A stretch of 64,000 nucleotides of DNA from Candidatus Daviesbacteria bacterium (GTDB lineage: Bacteria > Patescibacteriota > Microgenomatia > Daviesbacterales > UBA10151), in contig JACOXD010000005.1 of the NCBI GenBank assembly GCA_016176465.1, positions 3,741-67,740 of the forward strand. The letters run 5' to 3'. Position numbers and translations under genes: made by a program. Position 1 is the first letter of the stretch; every line of letters begins with the position of its first letter. Below, one piece after another: positions 18,480 to 31,880 of the stretch. The notes beneath the pieces are model-generated. The model was given only the letters and a program-made list of their open reading frames with translations, made no database searches and had not been told where the DNA came from.

Positions 18480-18702
18480 GAAGGTAGGAAGCGGCTTGTG
18501 GTTTTGGTTTGGAAACTTTTTTCGCAGCATATTCTATAGCTGCTTTGATATCAGCCTCCTTCAGCTGGGGAAAATCTTCCAAAATATCCTTGATAGTCAG
18601 TTTCTGAGCTAAAAGCCTAAGAATTTGTTCAACAGTTATCCTAGTTCCTTCAACAACTGGTTTCCCTAACATAATTTTAGGATCAATAATAATCTTCGCC
18701 AT
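18460..18702 (-). CDS. DUF433-family antitoxin-like protein
   Basis: …MLGKPVVEGTRITVEQILRLLAQ…, paralogous to 13223..13498. Confidence 0.7.
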   Translation of the reverse strand: MAKIIIDPKIMLGKPVVEGTRITVEQILRLLAQKLTIKDILEDFPQLKEADIKAAIEYAAKKVSKPKPQAASYLHEIHNR

Positions 18703-18915
18703 ATATACATTTTACCATAATCACTATTGCAATTTTTCTTTAAAAGCAAATGCTTGCATTATGCATTGTGATGGTTTATGAGTGATACACTCAGCTGCTA
18801 TAGCATTTTTGTGTATCATTAATTTAACAATTTATAGCACCTAGGATAATTTTTTAAATAAATCTTTCTCAAAAGTAGCTTGCAATTTTCTGATAAAAGA
18901 GAATAATACTACTTT

Positions 18916-22288
<3,373 letters not shown>

Positions 22289-22594
22289 TTATTTTTTAAG
22301 AGAATGTGTTGTAGTTGTAACCTCTAAATTTTTCAAACGTTTATCGTGTTCAGCTAATTTTTCATCTATTCTCTGATGTGACCCTACATGCATAACCTGT
22401 TCTTCTCTCATAGCCTTAACTTCACCAAGAACTGAATCAACAGCGTTTAGAATCTTATTACCAACCTCTTTGGTCATCATTTCCTCTCTAATATTTTCTT
22501 CCATTTGCCTCATCTCTTCTTTTGTAGCAAAAACCTCAGTCAGGTTAACAATATCATCTGGAGTTAAAATAGTTTTTCCTTTATTTTTTTTCAT
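22289..22594 (-). CDS. hypothetical coiled-coil protein (101 aa) embedded between atpA and atpG
   Basis: Stop-start abutment with atpG and overlap with the atpA stop. K/E-rich helical composition. Confidence 0.5.
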   Translation of the reverse strand: MKKNKGKTILTPDDIVNLTEVFATKEEMRQMEENIREEMMTKEVGNKILNAVDSVLGEVKAMREEQVMHVGSHQRIDEKLAEHDKRLKNLEVTTTTHSLKK

Positions 22595-24090
22595 TTTTTA
22601 CTTATATTAAACCTTTTAGCAAATTCTTTTGTAACTCCTTCTAATCTCTTAATTACTTTTTCATCTAACTCTTTTTTATCAGCAACCTCACTCATAAGTT
22701 TTTTCTCTCTTAATCTTAAATACTGAATATACTCACTTTCAAACTCTTTAACTTTCTCTGGAGGAACCTCATCCATTAGCCCATTTGATACTGCCCAAAT
22801 AGCTAGTACTTGTTCCTCTAGTGGTACAGGAGAAAATGGTAGTTGCTTTAAAATTTCTGTAATTCTTCTACCTCGCTCTATTTGAGCTTTAGTCCCTGGA
22901 TCTAGATCAGATGAAAATTGTGCAAAAGCAGCTAACTCTCTAAATTGTGCTAAATCAAGTTTTAATCTTCCAGCAACAGATTTCATGGCTTTAGTCTGGG
23001 CAGCACCACCAACCCTTGAAACAGAGATACCAACGTTTAGCGCCGGTCTTACTCCTGCAAAAAATAAATCTGGTTCCAAAAAAATCTGCCCATCAGTGAT
23101 AGATATAACATTAGTAGGAATATAGGCTGAAACATCATTAGCTTGGGTTTCGATGATAGGTAGGGCAGTTAAAGACCCACCACCGAAATCCTCATTCAGC
23201 TTAGCTGCTCGCTCAAGGAGTCTTGAATGCAAATAAAATACATCTCCGGGATATGCCTCCCTTCCTGATGGCCTTCTCAAAAGTAGGGACATCTGTCTAT
23301 AAGCATTAGCATGTTTGGATAAGTCATCATAGATAATTAGTGCATCCTTACCTGCATCCATAAAATATTCTCCTAAAGCACATCCAGAGTAGGGAGCAAG
23401 ATACTGCATGGGAGCTGGGTCTGAGGCTGATGCTACTACAACTATAGTATGTTTCATTGCTCCTTGCTCTTCTAATTTAGCAACTAGTTGAGCAACTTTA
23501 GAAACTTTTTGACCAATTGCAACATAAATACAAAAAACATCTTTTTGATTAATAATTGTATCTATGGCTATTGTTGTTTTACCGGTGTTTCTATCACCTA
23601 TTATTAATTCCCGCTGACCTCTTCCTATAGGTATTAGCGCATCTATAGCTTTAATTCCTGTTTGTACAGGCTGATTAACAGCTTCTCTTTTAATAACTCC
23701 AGGAGCTATTTTTTCAACAGGATATCTTTTTGTAGCTTTAACAGGACCTTTACCATCAATTGGGTTGCCCAAAGCATCAACTACTCTTCCCAAAAATCCC
23801 TCTCCAACTGGAACTTGTAAAACTTGACCCGTGGTTTTAACCTGATCGCCTTCCTTAATTTTGGTAAAATCTCCTAAAATAACAGCTCCTACATTATATT
23901 GTTCCAAATTTAGCGCCAAGCCATATATATTGTTAGGAAATGAGATTAACTCTGAAGCTTTTACATCAGATAGTCCTTCAATTCTCGCAATCCCATCTCC
24001 GACTTCTACAATTGTCCCTACGTTCTCTCTACGAGCTTTCAACTTTAGACCAGCTATTTCTTTTTCAATTGTTGTTAGTAGGTCACTCAT
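22591..24090 (-). CDS. atpA: F0F1 ATP synthase alpha subunit
   Basis: [18 protein letters not shown] (Walker A) and 499 aa. Confidence 0.9.
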   Translation of the reverse strand: MSDLLTTIEKEIAGLKLKARRENVGTIVEVGDGIARIEGLSDVKASELISFPNNIYGLALNLEQYNVGAVILGDFTKIKEGDQVKTTGQVLQVPVGEGFLGRVVDALGNPIDGKGPVKATKRYPVEKIAPGVIKREAVNQPVQTGIKAIDALIPIGRGQRELIIGDRNTGKTTIAIDTIINQKDVFCIYVAIGQKVSKVAQLVAKLEEQGAMKHTIVVVASASDPAPMQYLAPYSGCALGEYFMDAGKDALIIYDDLSKHANAYRQMSLLLRRPSGREAYPGDVFYLHSRLLERAAKLNEDFGGGSLTALPIIETQANDVSAYIPTNVISITDGQIFLEPDLFFAGVRPALNVGISVSRVGGAAQTKAMKSVAGRLKLDLAQFRELAAFAQFSSDLDPGTKAQIERGRRITEILKQLPFSPVPLEEQVLAIWAVSNGLMDEVPPEKVKEFESEYIQYLRLREKKLMSEVADKKELDEKVIKRLEGVTKEFAKRFNISKK

Positions 24091-24166
24091 ATTGATTCTT
24101 CGACTGAAGTGGAGAAGTACAATATTTCTTATAGTTCTCGATTCGCTTCGCCCACTCGAACAATAA

Positions 24167-24565
24167 TCAACTTGCTATTGCTCTTCCAACCTCCTTTATT
24201 TTACTAATTAAAGAATTATCTAAAATAACATCTCCCAATTTAACTTTAATACCACCAAGGATAGTTAGATTAATCACTTGTTTTGTTTGGGACACTTTAA
24301 AATCTTTAGAGATTTCTTTCTTAATTTTACTAAGATCTGGACTTGATAGGGAAATTGCGCTTTCTACTATTAAAGTGTTTTTATTTACCATTCTTTTTAA
24401 CCCTCTTAGATACTCTTTTAATGCAAAAATAGCTTGGGCCTTATCTAATTTTTTAAAATCAACTATTAAATCCTTAGCTTTTTTTTCTTGTAGTTTTCCA
24501 TCCTTAAAAGATGCATCCACTGCTTTTCTAACTAAATTTAAGAGTCTTTTGTTTTTTTTAATCAT
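24167..24565 (-). CDS. atpH: F0F1 ATP synthase delta subunit (short, 132 aa)
   Basis: Position between atpF and atpA, and an OSCP-like C-terminus. Confidence 0.6.
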   Translation of the reverse strand: MIKKNKRLLNLVRKAVDASFKDGKLQEKKAKDLIVDFKKLDKAQAIFALKEYLRGLKRMVNKNTLIVESAISLSSPDLSKIKKEISKDFKVSQTKQVINLTILGGIKVKLGDVILDNSLISKIKEVGRAIAS

Positions 24566-24572
24566 TTTTAAT

Positions 24573-24592
24573 TGTCATTCCAGAAATGACAT
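24573..24592. repeat. mini palindrome TGTCATTCCAGAAATGACAT (termini of family-1)
   Basis: Lies between the atpF stop and the atpH start. Confidence 0.5.
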
Positions 24593-24595
24593 TCC

Positions 24596-25090
24596 TTACA
24601 TTTCTTTAATAGATTTATTTATCATCTCTTTTTGATCTTTTTTGTTCAAAACCTTACCTACTATTTTTTGTAAGGATACTACTACCAAATCTCCTAACTC
24701 TTCCCTTATCTCTTGCTGCATCCTCATTTTTTCCAGTCTAATAGTCTCCTCACCTTTTTTCAAAATTCCCTGCATATCTAAAGCTGCTTTTTGATGAGCC
24801 TGTGAAATTATTTCATCAGCAGATTTAGAAGCCAGCGCTATTAATTGCTTTGCCTCAATGCCTGCCTGATTCAAAATTTTTTCCCTATCTTCCTCAGTTT
24901 TTAATAAATTTTTCTCAATTTGTGCTGCTTCTTCTAAGCTTTGGGCAATTTTAGACTTTCTCTCATCTAAAACTCTAAGTATTGGTTTATATAAAAATTT
25001 TTTTAAAATTAAAAGAAGAATCAAAAAATTAACAACTTGAGCAGCAAGCAAAAATGGTTGTATACCAAAATCTTTTAAAATTTGTTCCAT
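24596..25090 (-). CDS. atpF: F0F1 ATP synthase subunit b
   Basis: N-terminal TM followed by a long charged helix. Confidence 0.75.
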   Translation of the reverse strand: MEQILKDFGIQPFLLAAQVVNFLILLLILKKFLYKPILRVLDERKSKIAQSLEEAAQIEKNLLKTEEDREKILNQAGIEAKQLIALASKSADEIISQAHQKAALDMQGILKKGEETIRLEKMRMQQEIREELGDLVVVSLQKIVGKVLNKKDQKEMINKSIKEM

Positions 25091-25104
25091 GATAAAAAAT
25101 CGCC

Positions 25105-25180
25105 TATGTCATTCTGAGCGTTAGCGAAGAATCTAAAGATTTAAAAATCGTGAGATCCTTCGGCTAGAGCCTCAGGATGA
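25105..25180. repeat. family-1 palindromic element, intergenic copy between atpE and atpF (within the operon transcript)
   Basis: TGTCATTCTGAGCGTTAGCGAAGAATCT…GAGATCCTTCGGCTAGAGCCTCAGGATGACA. Confidence 0.8.
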
Positions 25181-25194
25181 CAACGTGGGCCTAG

Positions 25195-25401
<207 letters not shown>

Positions 25402-26154
25402 TCAATGACCTCCTTTCTCAGTAAGTAATACCATAAACACTAGTGTTAGCATCATGAATACAGCAGCCTGTACAAATCCCACGATTATCTCTAAAAATAA
25501 AAAGGGCAGCGGTACAAAAAATGCTGTCCATTTTGAGATCGTTGCAACAGTTACAAGTACAACCTCACCTGCAAATATATTACCAAAAAGCCTAAAAGAA
25601 AGCGAGACCACTTTTGTAAATTCTGAGATAACTTCTAAAAAACCAACAAATAAGAAAACTGGAAACATCTGCAGGGAAAACCATCTTTTTAAATATCCCA
25701 TTAAACCCAAAAATTTAATAGCTAAAATATGAGTTGTAATTGCTGAGACTAGAGCCAAACTTAGAGTCATATTCAAATCTGAGTTTATGGATCTTAAAAG
25801 AGGAACAAAAACTTCTTTGCCATCTTGGTGTTCCCAAAACCCAACTGTTCCAAATCCAGGAAAAAGTCCAAGCCAGTTAGCAGTAATTATAAATAGAAAA
25901 AAAGTCATCACCCAAGGGAAAAAAACTTTTGCCTTAAGGTGAGCCAACTCTTCTACCTGAGTGTAACCTACTTCAATTATTACTTCCAAAAAGTTTTGCA
26001 AACCTGAGGGAACTAATTTAACTTTAAGTGTTGCCAGAATAGAAACAATAGTTAATAAAAAAGTTACCATTAAACTCACCATTAGAGTATTAGTTAAAGG
26101 TATGGGGCCCAATTGGGCAATTTTTTCTGAAGCTAGTATTATTGTGTGTTCCAT
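25402..26154 (-). CDS. atpB: F0F1 ATP synthase subunit a
   Basis: 250 aa polytopic protein, with …FRLFGNIFAGE… containing the conserved Arg. Confidence 0.85.
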   Translation of the reverse strand: MEHTIILASEKIAQLGPIPLTNTLMVSLMVTFLLTIVSILATLKVKLVPSGLQNFLEVIIEVGYTQVEELAHLKAKVFFPWVMTFFLFIITANWLGLFPGFGTVGFWEHQDGKEVFVPLLRSINSDLNMTLSLALVSAITTHILAIKFLGLMGYLKRWFSLQMFPVFLFVGFLEVISEFTKVVSLSFRLFGNIFAGEVVLVTVATISKWTAFFVPLPFLFLEIIVGFVQAAVFMMLTLVFMVLLTEKGGH

Positions 26155-26166
26155 TTCTATACTTAA

Positions 26167-26195
26167 ATTTTAGACTAAAGCAATTAGTGCGTCAA
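26167..26195 (-). promoter_or_regulatory. candidate atp operon promoter (minus strand: TTGACG-N17-TAAAAT)
   Basis: The reverse complement of 26167-26195 reads TTGACGcactaattgctttagtcTAAAAT. The -10 lies only about 13 nt upstream of the annotated atpB start. Confidence 0.35.
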
Positions 26196-26331
26196 TTGAA
26201 AGTTTTACAAAATTCACACACTTTTATAAACCAATCCTCACAAAACAGGACTAGAATTTTTATAATGCCCAATATCTTGGAGTTACAACCACATCAAAAA
26301 GCTCATCCACCGCCTCAAGTTTTAACATCTA

Positions 26332-27906
26332 CTAATCCAATTTTTCTCTTTGGGTTCTTAAAAATAAAAACCATTGTTCAAAAAAGGAAAATAATGCTTT
26401 AAAAGGAGTCTCAATAAAAATATCAAAAAAAAGTAAAAAAACATTTAATTGAGAAATTCCTAAAGTTAGATGCCTTCCTATTTGAATGAAAGGAACAAAG
26501 AAAAAATCCAAAAATATGGATAAAACATTTTGCTTTTCTTCCCCCGTAATAAACATAGAGCCAATTTGATTTATTCTATATGCTAAAAATGAAACTATGG
26601 CAATAAAAAATAAAAATACTGCTTGGGAAATGATATTAAAATGAAACATTCTTAAAACAAAAATTATTGTCCCAAATCCCAAAACAAAAGCAGCAAACCA
26701 CAAAATTGTAAAAATAGTACTCATTAATAAATTAACCTTTGAGTGTTTTCTTAAGGAAAGAGGGGTCTTAATAAATTTTTCCGGCGTGTATAAAACTGCG
26801 TTAATTTTTTCTAAAATTCTCATGGAATTTTCTTTATCAGGAATTCTAATAAAGAAACTTACAACCACCATTAATACAGGCGGAATAAACGTGTTAAGGG
26901 CTAAAGTGTTCCATAAAACTCTACCATATAAATATTTTTCGAAAGCCCCCTCAATAGTCAGAGCAAAAATTGCTTTAGTGAAAAGCAAAAAAATAACACT
27001 TCTGATTATTGAGCGTCTAATTCTTTTAAAAATATCTTGATATTTATTATTACAAGTTCTTAAAACCAACAAACTAAAATTGTCACTGTCTAAAACTAGC
27101 TCTTTTAATCTTCCCCGGTGTTTTCTAAAAATATCTTCTAGAACCAAAAAGGGAGCAGTTTGTGATTTAACAAAAGTATAAAATCTATCTTTGAGTGAAT
27201 AATTTAAATCTGAATCTATCTTTTTTTGACCCTTGGGAAAGTGTACTGCAATTTTTTCTAAATTTTTGTGATTTAACTTATCAAAAAATTGATTAAAAAG
27301 GTGGTAGCGGATATAGGCAACATCGGATTTATTAAAGGTACGTCTTATGGCAATAAAAACTTGAGTATCTCTTACCTCCTCAGTGTCATCTTCAATCCTT
27401 ACTTTATCTTTTAATATCTGATACATAAAACTACTCAGCATCTCTTCTTCTTTATTAGGGTTTAATAAATACGAAATATCGACAGACATAAGTTGGAGAA
27501 TCCATTGATGTAATTTGTTTCTATCTATTTTGTGGTGTATTAGAACTTTTTTTTCTAAATGTAAATAAAGATCTATTTTTTCAGCTACTTTTTTGATTAT
27601 AGATTCAGGAACGGAAGAATCAGGGAAGTACCTTGCCCAAACTAACTCTCTTACTAAAGGCTCCGCAATATTTATCCCACTTCCTCCCAAAAGCAACCTT
27701 CGCTTTAAAATTCTCTCAATTGCCAGCCTTAAAATAACTTCATCTTCTCCATAATCAAGCGCATTCCTTAATTTCTCATACCAATGAGCAACCTCAGAAA
27801 CAACAGGATTTACCGAGATTCGCTCCTCATCTATGACTACTTCTTTTTTCTCAAGGTAAGTTATTAAACTTTCAGCCAGGGGGGATAGTTTTCTAAATTC
27901 ATCCAT
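26332..27906 (-). CDS. hypothetical membrane protein (524 aa: soluble N-terminal half, about 6 C-terminal TM helices)
   Basis: Long ORF with no motif I recognise, divergent from tyrS. Confidence 0.5.
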   Translation of the reverse strand: MDEFRKLSPLAESLITYLEKKEVVIDEERISVNPVVSEVAHWYEKLRNALDYGEDEVILRLAIERILKRRLLLGGSGINIAEPLVRELVWARYFPDSSVPESIIKKVAEKIDLYLHLEKKVLIHHKIDRNKLHQWILQLMSVDISYLLNPNKEEEMLSSFMYQILKDKVRIEDDTEEVRDTQVFIAIRRTFNKSDVAYIRYHLFNQFFDKLNHKNLEKIAVHFPKGQKKIDSDLNYSLKDRFYTFVKSQTAPFLVLEDIFRKHRGRLKELVLDSDNFSLLVLRTCNNKYQDIFKRIRRSIIRSVIFLLFTKAIFALTIEGAFEKYLYGRVLWNTLALNTFIPPVLMVVVSFFIRIPDKENSMRILEKINAVLYTPEKFIKTPLSLRKHSKVNLLMSTIFTILWFAAFVLGFGTIIFVLRMFHFNIISQAVFLFFIAIVSFLAYRINQIGSMFITGEEKQNVLSIFLDFFFVPFIQIGRHLTLGISQLNVFLLFFDIFIETPFKALFSFFEQWFLFLRTQREKLD

Positions 27907-27981
27907 AAGATTTTATTTTCTAATAGTCTATCTTTTTAGTTAGCTTATTTCAAACTGCACAAGCCCCTGTTCAAATTAAGC

Positions 27982-29118
27982 GTGTTATGGAATAATCTAA
28001 GTGTAATGGAAGATGTAGAGCGTAATGAAAAATATAAATTAATTACCAGAAATTTAGAGGAGGTTTTAACTGAGGATGAATTAAAACAACTTTTAGAATC
28101 CGGCAGACCACTAAGGCATTATATAGGACTAGAAATCTCCGGTAAAGCTCATGTTGGTTGGGTTTATATGATGAGGATAATTAAGGACTTTCAAGAAGCA
28201 GGAGTGGAAGCAAATATATTACTGGCAGATTGGCATACTTGGTTAAATAAAAAATTAGATGGAAGATTAGAAACTGCCAAAAGATTAGGGAGAGATTATT
28301 TTGAGCAAGCTTTAAAAGCTGCAGCGCTTTGCGTGGGGACTGATCCAGAGAAAATTAATTTTATTTTAGGATCAGAGTTTTACGAAAAAATGGGGAATGA
28401 TTATTGGGCCTTGGTTGTAAAAGTTGCTAAAGCTACAACTATCGCTAGGATGCTTCGCTCAACCACAATCATGGGTAGAAAAGAAACCGAGATTTCAGAT
28501 ACCGCAATGTTAATATATCCTGCTATGCAATCTGCAGATATTTTTGCACTTGGTATAAATTTAGCCCATGCTGGTATGGATCAGCGCAATGTTCATGTTG
28601 TAACCAGGGATGCTGCTAAAGAGCTAGGGTTTGAAAAACCAATTGCAGTCCATCATCATTTATTACAAGGTTTACTACCACCTGTATTAGTTAATGATCC
28701 CAAAACAGGTAAAAAAATTATGGATATTGAGGCAGCTAAGATGAGTAAGTCTAAACCTGATTCTGCTATTTTTATTCATGATGATCCAGAGGAGATAAAA
28801 AGAAAAATTAATAAAGCTTACTGCCCTGAGGGGGTTGTAGAATTTAATCCAATTCTAGATTGGGTTAAACATTTAATTTTCTTTAGTGAAGGTGAAACCT
28901 TAGAAGTCAGAAGACATGCAAAATTTGGTGGAGATATAACTTACACTTCATACGAAGAACTAGAGAAGGATTATGCTAATAAAAAGTTACATCCTTTGGA
29001 TCTAAAAGCAGCGGTTGCAGAATGGTTAATCAAAACATTGGAACCTGCCAGAAAATACTTTGATGAACCAAACAGAAAAGCTGCCTTAGATGAGATTGAA
29101 AGGCTAACTTCCCATTAA
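27982..29118 (+). CDS. tyrS: tyrosine--tRNA ligase, archaeal/eukaryal type
   Basis: HIGH-region variant GLEISGKAHVG, and KMSKSK…FIHDDPEEIKRKINKAYCPEGVVEFNPI… matches the archaeal TyrRS C-terminal block (KMSSSK…DSPEEIR.KI.KAYCPAG in M. jannaschii), not the bacterial TyrRS/TrpRS. Confidence 0.7.
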   Translation: MLWNNLSVMEDVERNEKYKLITRNLEEVLTEDELKQLLESGRPLRHYIGLEISGKAHVGWVYMMRIIKDFQEAGVEANILLADWHTWLNKKLDGRLETAKRLGRDYFEQALKAAALCVGTDPEKINFILGSEFYEKMGNDYWALVVKVAKATTIARMLRSTTIMGRKETEISDTAMLIYPAMQSADIFALGINLAHAGMDQRNVHVVTRDAAKELGFEKPIAVHHHLLQGLLPPVLVNDPKTGKKIMDIEAAKMSKSKPDSAIFIHDDPEEIKRKINKAYCPEGVVEFNPILDWVKHLIFFSEGETLEVRRHAKFGGDITYTSYEELEKDYANKKLHPLDLKAAVAEWLIKTLEPARKYFDEPNRKAALDEIERLTSH

Positions 29119-29420
29119 GCAGTAGCATAAATAAGGGCTAAACCCACAGCAGCCAAAATAGCAGTCACAGTCCATCTGCCACTACCAAGAGTAAGAAAAC
29201 GTTTTACCGGACTCATCTTTTCATTACTTGTTAACAGTTCATTTTTGGCCATAACTGGAATTATACTAAAATTATCTGTAAAATAAACTTTAATGGATCG
29301 TTTTTCCAAGAAGTTTAGAATCCTTTGGATTATTTTAACAGCAGTAGGAACTATTGCTATTCTAATTTTTTCCCTGCTTCCACTTTTTTCTGCTTTTTAA
29401 TATTCTGGTAAAATCCATTC

Positions 29421-31502
29421 ATGGATTTGAACTCTTCTTTATATAGCATCTTAGGTATTGGTGGAGCTTTTGCAAAAAAATTAGAAAAGTTGGAAATTTT
29501 TACTTTAAAGGATTTAATTTATCACTTTCCTTTTAGGTATGATGATTTTTCTAAGCAAACAAGCGCGCTGGATGCCCAAATAGGGGAAAAAGTAACTTTA
29601 ATGGGTGAGGTTTGGTCTATTAAAAATGTTTACACAAGATTTGGGAAAGTTTTAACTCAAGCAATCTTTAATGATGGTTCATCTCCCATAACTCTAACTT
29701 GGTTTAATCAATCCTGGCTTACCAAACAAATAAACTCAGGAGATAGGTTACAGGTTTCAGGGAAAATAAAAAAGTATAAAAATAAGTTATCAATTGTTGC
29801 ACCAGTTTGGGAAAAGATCGCATCTTTTGATGTGTCAAGCTATTCCACCTCCGATGTGTCAATTCAATCCTTGCACACTGGAAGGTTAGTCCCAGTTTAT
29901 CCGGAAACTTTTGGTTTAACTTCCAAATGGATTAGGACTAAAATTTCCAGAATTTTACCTATGTTTGTAGATTCAATCAAAGATCCACTTCCAGATGATG
30001 TAAAAAATAAGATGCTTACTTTAAATGAAGCTCTCTTAAAAATTCATTTCCCTGAAAATTGGGAAGATATAGATAAAGCAAGAGAAAGGTTAGGTTTTGA
30101 TGAGTTATTTTTTATACAACTTTTTACCCAAAAAATAAGAAGACAGTGGAAAAACAAAAGGCTAGTTTCTCCCTTAAAAATAAACATGGGAAAACTAAAA
30201 GAGTTAGTTGAAAGCCTTCCTTTCAAGCTAACCAGCGCCCAAGATAAAGTACTAAGAGAAATCATGGATGATTTAGAGCAAGCTTCCCCAATGAATAGAC
30301 TGTTACAAGGTGAGGTGGGTTCAGGAAAAACAGTGGTGGCAGCTATTATAAGTTATTTAGTCTTTCTCAATAACTTAAAAGTTTTATATATGGCCCCAAC
30401 AGAAATCTTGGCATTCCAGCACTTTGATACATTTCAAAGGTTATTGCAGCCATTTGGAGTAGAGGTGGGGATATATACTGGGTCAAGGAAATATACAAAG
30501 GGGAAAGGGAGAAACGTTAAGGGTAAAGACGAAAAACTTCACCCTGATATCATTATTGGAACCCATGCGCTACTTTCTGAAAAGTTATTAGCAGGTGATG
30601 TAGGTTTGGTAATAATTGATGAGCAGCAAAGATTTGGTGTGGAGCAAAGAAGTATTTTAAGATCCAAAGCTAAAGTTCCCCACTTTTTAACCATGACAGC
30701 TACTCCTATTCCTAGAACTGTTGCACTTACTCTTTATGGGGATTTGGATTTATCAATTATTTATGAAATGCCAAAGGGTAGAAAATTGGTTAAAACTTTT
30801 GTGGTTCCATCTAAAAAAAGAGCTGATGCATATAAGTTTATTGAGAAAAAGGTAATGATGGGGGATCAAGTCTATATCATTACTCCTTTAATTGAGCCGT
30901 CAGAAACCTTAACTACAGTTAAAGCTGCCAAGGAAGAATTTGAAAGGTTGAGTAAAAAAGTATTTGTTAATCTTAAACTGGGGTTACTGCATGGAAGATT
31001 AAAATCAAAAGAAAAAGAGGAGGTCTTAAATAAATTTAAAAGCAAAGATTTAGATATTTTGGTTTCAACATCTGTTGTAGAAGTAGGGGTAGATGTGCCA
31101 AACGCTACTATAATGGTAATTGAAGGTGCCGAGAGATTTGGACTGGCCCAGCTTCATCAGTTAAGAGGAAGAGTAGGCAGAGGGGAGAAAGAGTCATTTG
31201 CATTGCTTTTCCCGGGAATAGAGGAACCTAGTTTAGTTTCCAGGTTGAAAAATTTAGAAAAAAATTTTAATGGGTTAGAGCTAGCTGAACTAGATCTAAA
31301 AGTAAGAGGATCAGGTGAAATATTTGGAACCAAACAATCTGGTAGATTTAACTTAAAAATAGCTTCTTTAACAGATCTACCAACTTTAGAAAAAGCAAAA
31401 GAGGCAGCTCACTCAGTATTACAAGTTGACCCTACGCTTGACAAATACCCGCTCCTCAAGGCACAATTAGCAGATAATCAGGCTGCAATAATGCCAGATT
31501 GA
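29421..31502 (+). CDS. recG: ATP-dependent DNA helicase RecG
   Basis: Wedge/OB N-terminus, LQGEVGSGKTVVA (motif I) and DEQQRFGV (motif II). Confidence 0.85.
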   Translation: MDLNSSLYSILGIGGAFAKKLEKLEIFTLKDLIYHFPFRYDDFSKQTSALDAQIGEKVTLMGEVWSIKNVYTRFGKVLTQAIFNDGSSPITLTWFNQSWLTKQINSGDRLQVSGKIKKYKNKLSIVAPVWEKIASFDVSSYSTSDVSIQSLHTGRLVPVYPETFGLTSKWIRTKISRILPMFVDSIKDPLPDDVKNKMLTLNEALLKIHFPENWEDIDKARERLGFDELFFIQLFTQKIRRQWKNKRLVSPLKINMGKLKELVESLPFKLTSAQDKVLREIMDDLEQASPMNRLLQGEVGSGKTVVAAIISYLVFLNNLKVLYMAPTEILAFQHFDTFQRLLQPFGVEVGIYTGSRKYTKGKGRNVKGKDEKLHPDIIIGTHALLSEKLLAGDVGLVIIDEQQRFGVEQRSILRSKAKVPHFLTMTATPIPRTVALTLYGDLDLSIIYEMPKGRKLVKTFVVPSKKRADAYKFIEKKVMMGDQVYIITPLIEPSETLTTVKAAKEEFERLSKKVFVNLKLGLLHGRLKSKEKEEVLNKFKSKDLDILVSTSVVEVGVDVPNATIMVIEGAERFGLAQLHQLRGRVGRGEKESFALLFPGIEEPSLVSRLKNLEKNFNGLELAELDLKVRGSGEIFGTKQSGRFNLKIASLTDLPTLEKAKEAAHSVLQVDPTLDKYPLLKAQLADNQAAIMPD

Positions 31503-31618
31503 TTTTGGGGGTCCTGCCAGCTCGGTATCTCGTCGTACCTCCTCGCTTTGTAACAACTGCGCTGCGGGGGTGCGCCAAGACCTCTCCTCGCTGTCACCCT
31601 CCAAAAGGGAGTTTATTT
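31503..31618. other. GC-rich, structured non-coding segment upstream of rpmF
   Basis: About 65% G+C in a roughly 35% genome. Contains direct repeats CCTCCTCGCT / TCTCCTCGCTG and a GGGTG…CACCC hairpin. The ORF-track reading through it (MILGVLPARYLVVPPRF…) is not credible as protein. Confidence 0.4.
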
Positions 31619-31822
31619 ATGCCGCATGAACCAAAGAAAAGACATAGTAAAAGTGCAAAAAGGATTAGACGAGGATCTATAAGTTTAAAAGCCGCAAATA
31701 TAATTATTTGTGCTAACTGTAATGCCAAAACCCTAGCTCATATGGCTTGTAGAAGCTGTGGGTTTTACTCAGGCAAAGCTGTTACAAACTCCAAACAACA
31801 AGTAACTGTCACTAAAACTTAA
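31619..31822 (+). CDS. rpmF: 50S ribosomal protein L32
   Basis: MPHEPKKRHSKSAKRIRR… plus a CxxC…CxxC zinc ribbon. SD GGGAG lies 8 nt upstream. This is the internal Met of the longer ORF-track entry. Confidence 0.8.
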   Translation: MPHEPKKRHSKSAKRIRRGSISLKAANIIICANCNAKTLAHMACRSCGFYSGKAVTNSKQQVTVTKT

Positions 31823-31880
31823 TTTCCTCCCAACTTATAGTTTGACTTTCAATAATTATAGGAGTAAACTCCTCCGATCT

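Noticed and set aside
29115-29400. Small TM ORFs between tyrS and recG (minus-strand 64 aa; alternative plus-strand about 36 aa at 29293)
   Set aside because: Neither can be distinguished from chance in an AT-rich spacer, and there is no motif. Left unannotated.
31499-31618. N-terminal 40 codons of ORF-track entry 31499..31822 (MILGVLPARYLVVPPRF…)
   Set aside because: It reads through a GC-rich repetitive spacer. The L32 homology begins at the internal Met 31619, which has its own SD.
31503-31618. SRP (4.5S) RNA on the minus strand
   Set aside because: Only a 17-nt resemblance to the E. coli 4.5S 3' end. No AGCAG/GNRA domain-IV motif and no 5'/3' closing helix could be drawn. Kept only as an unexplained structured element.
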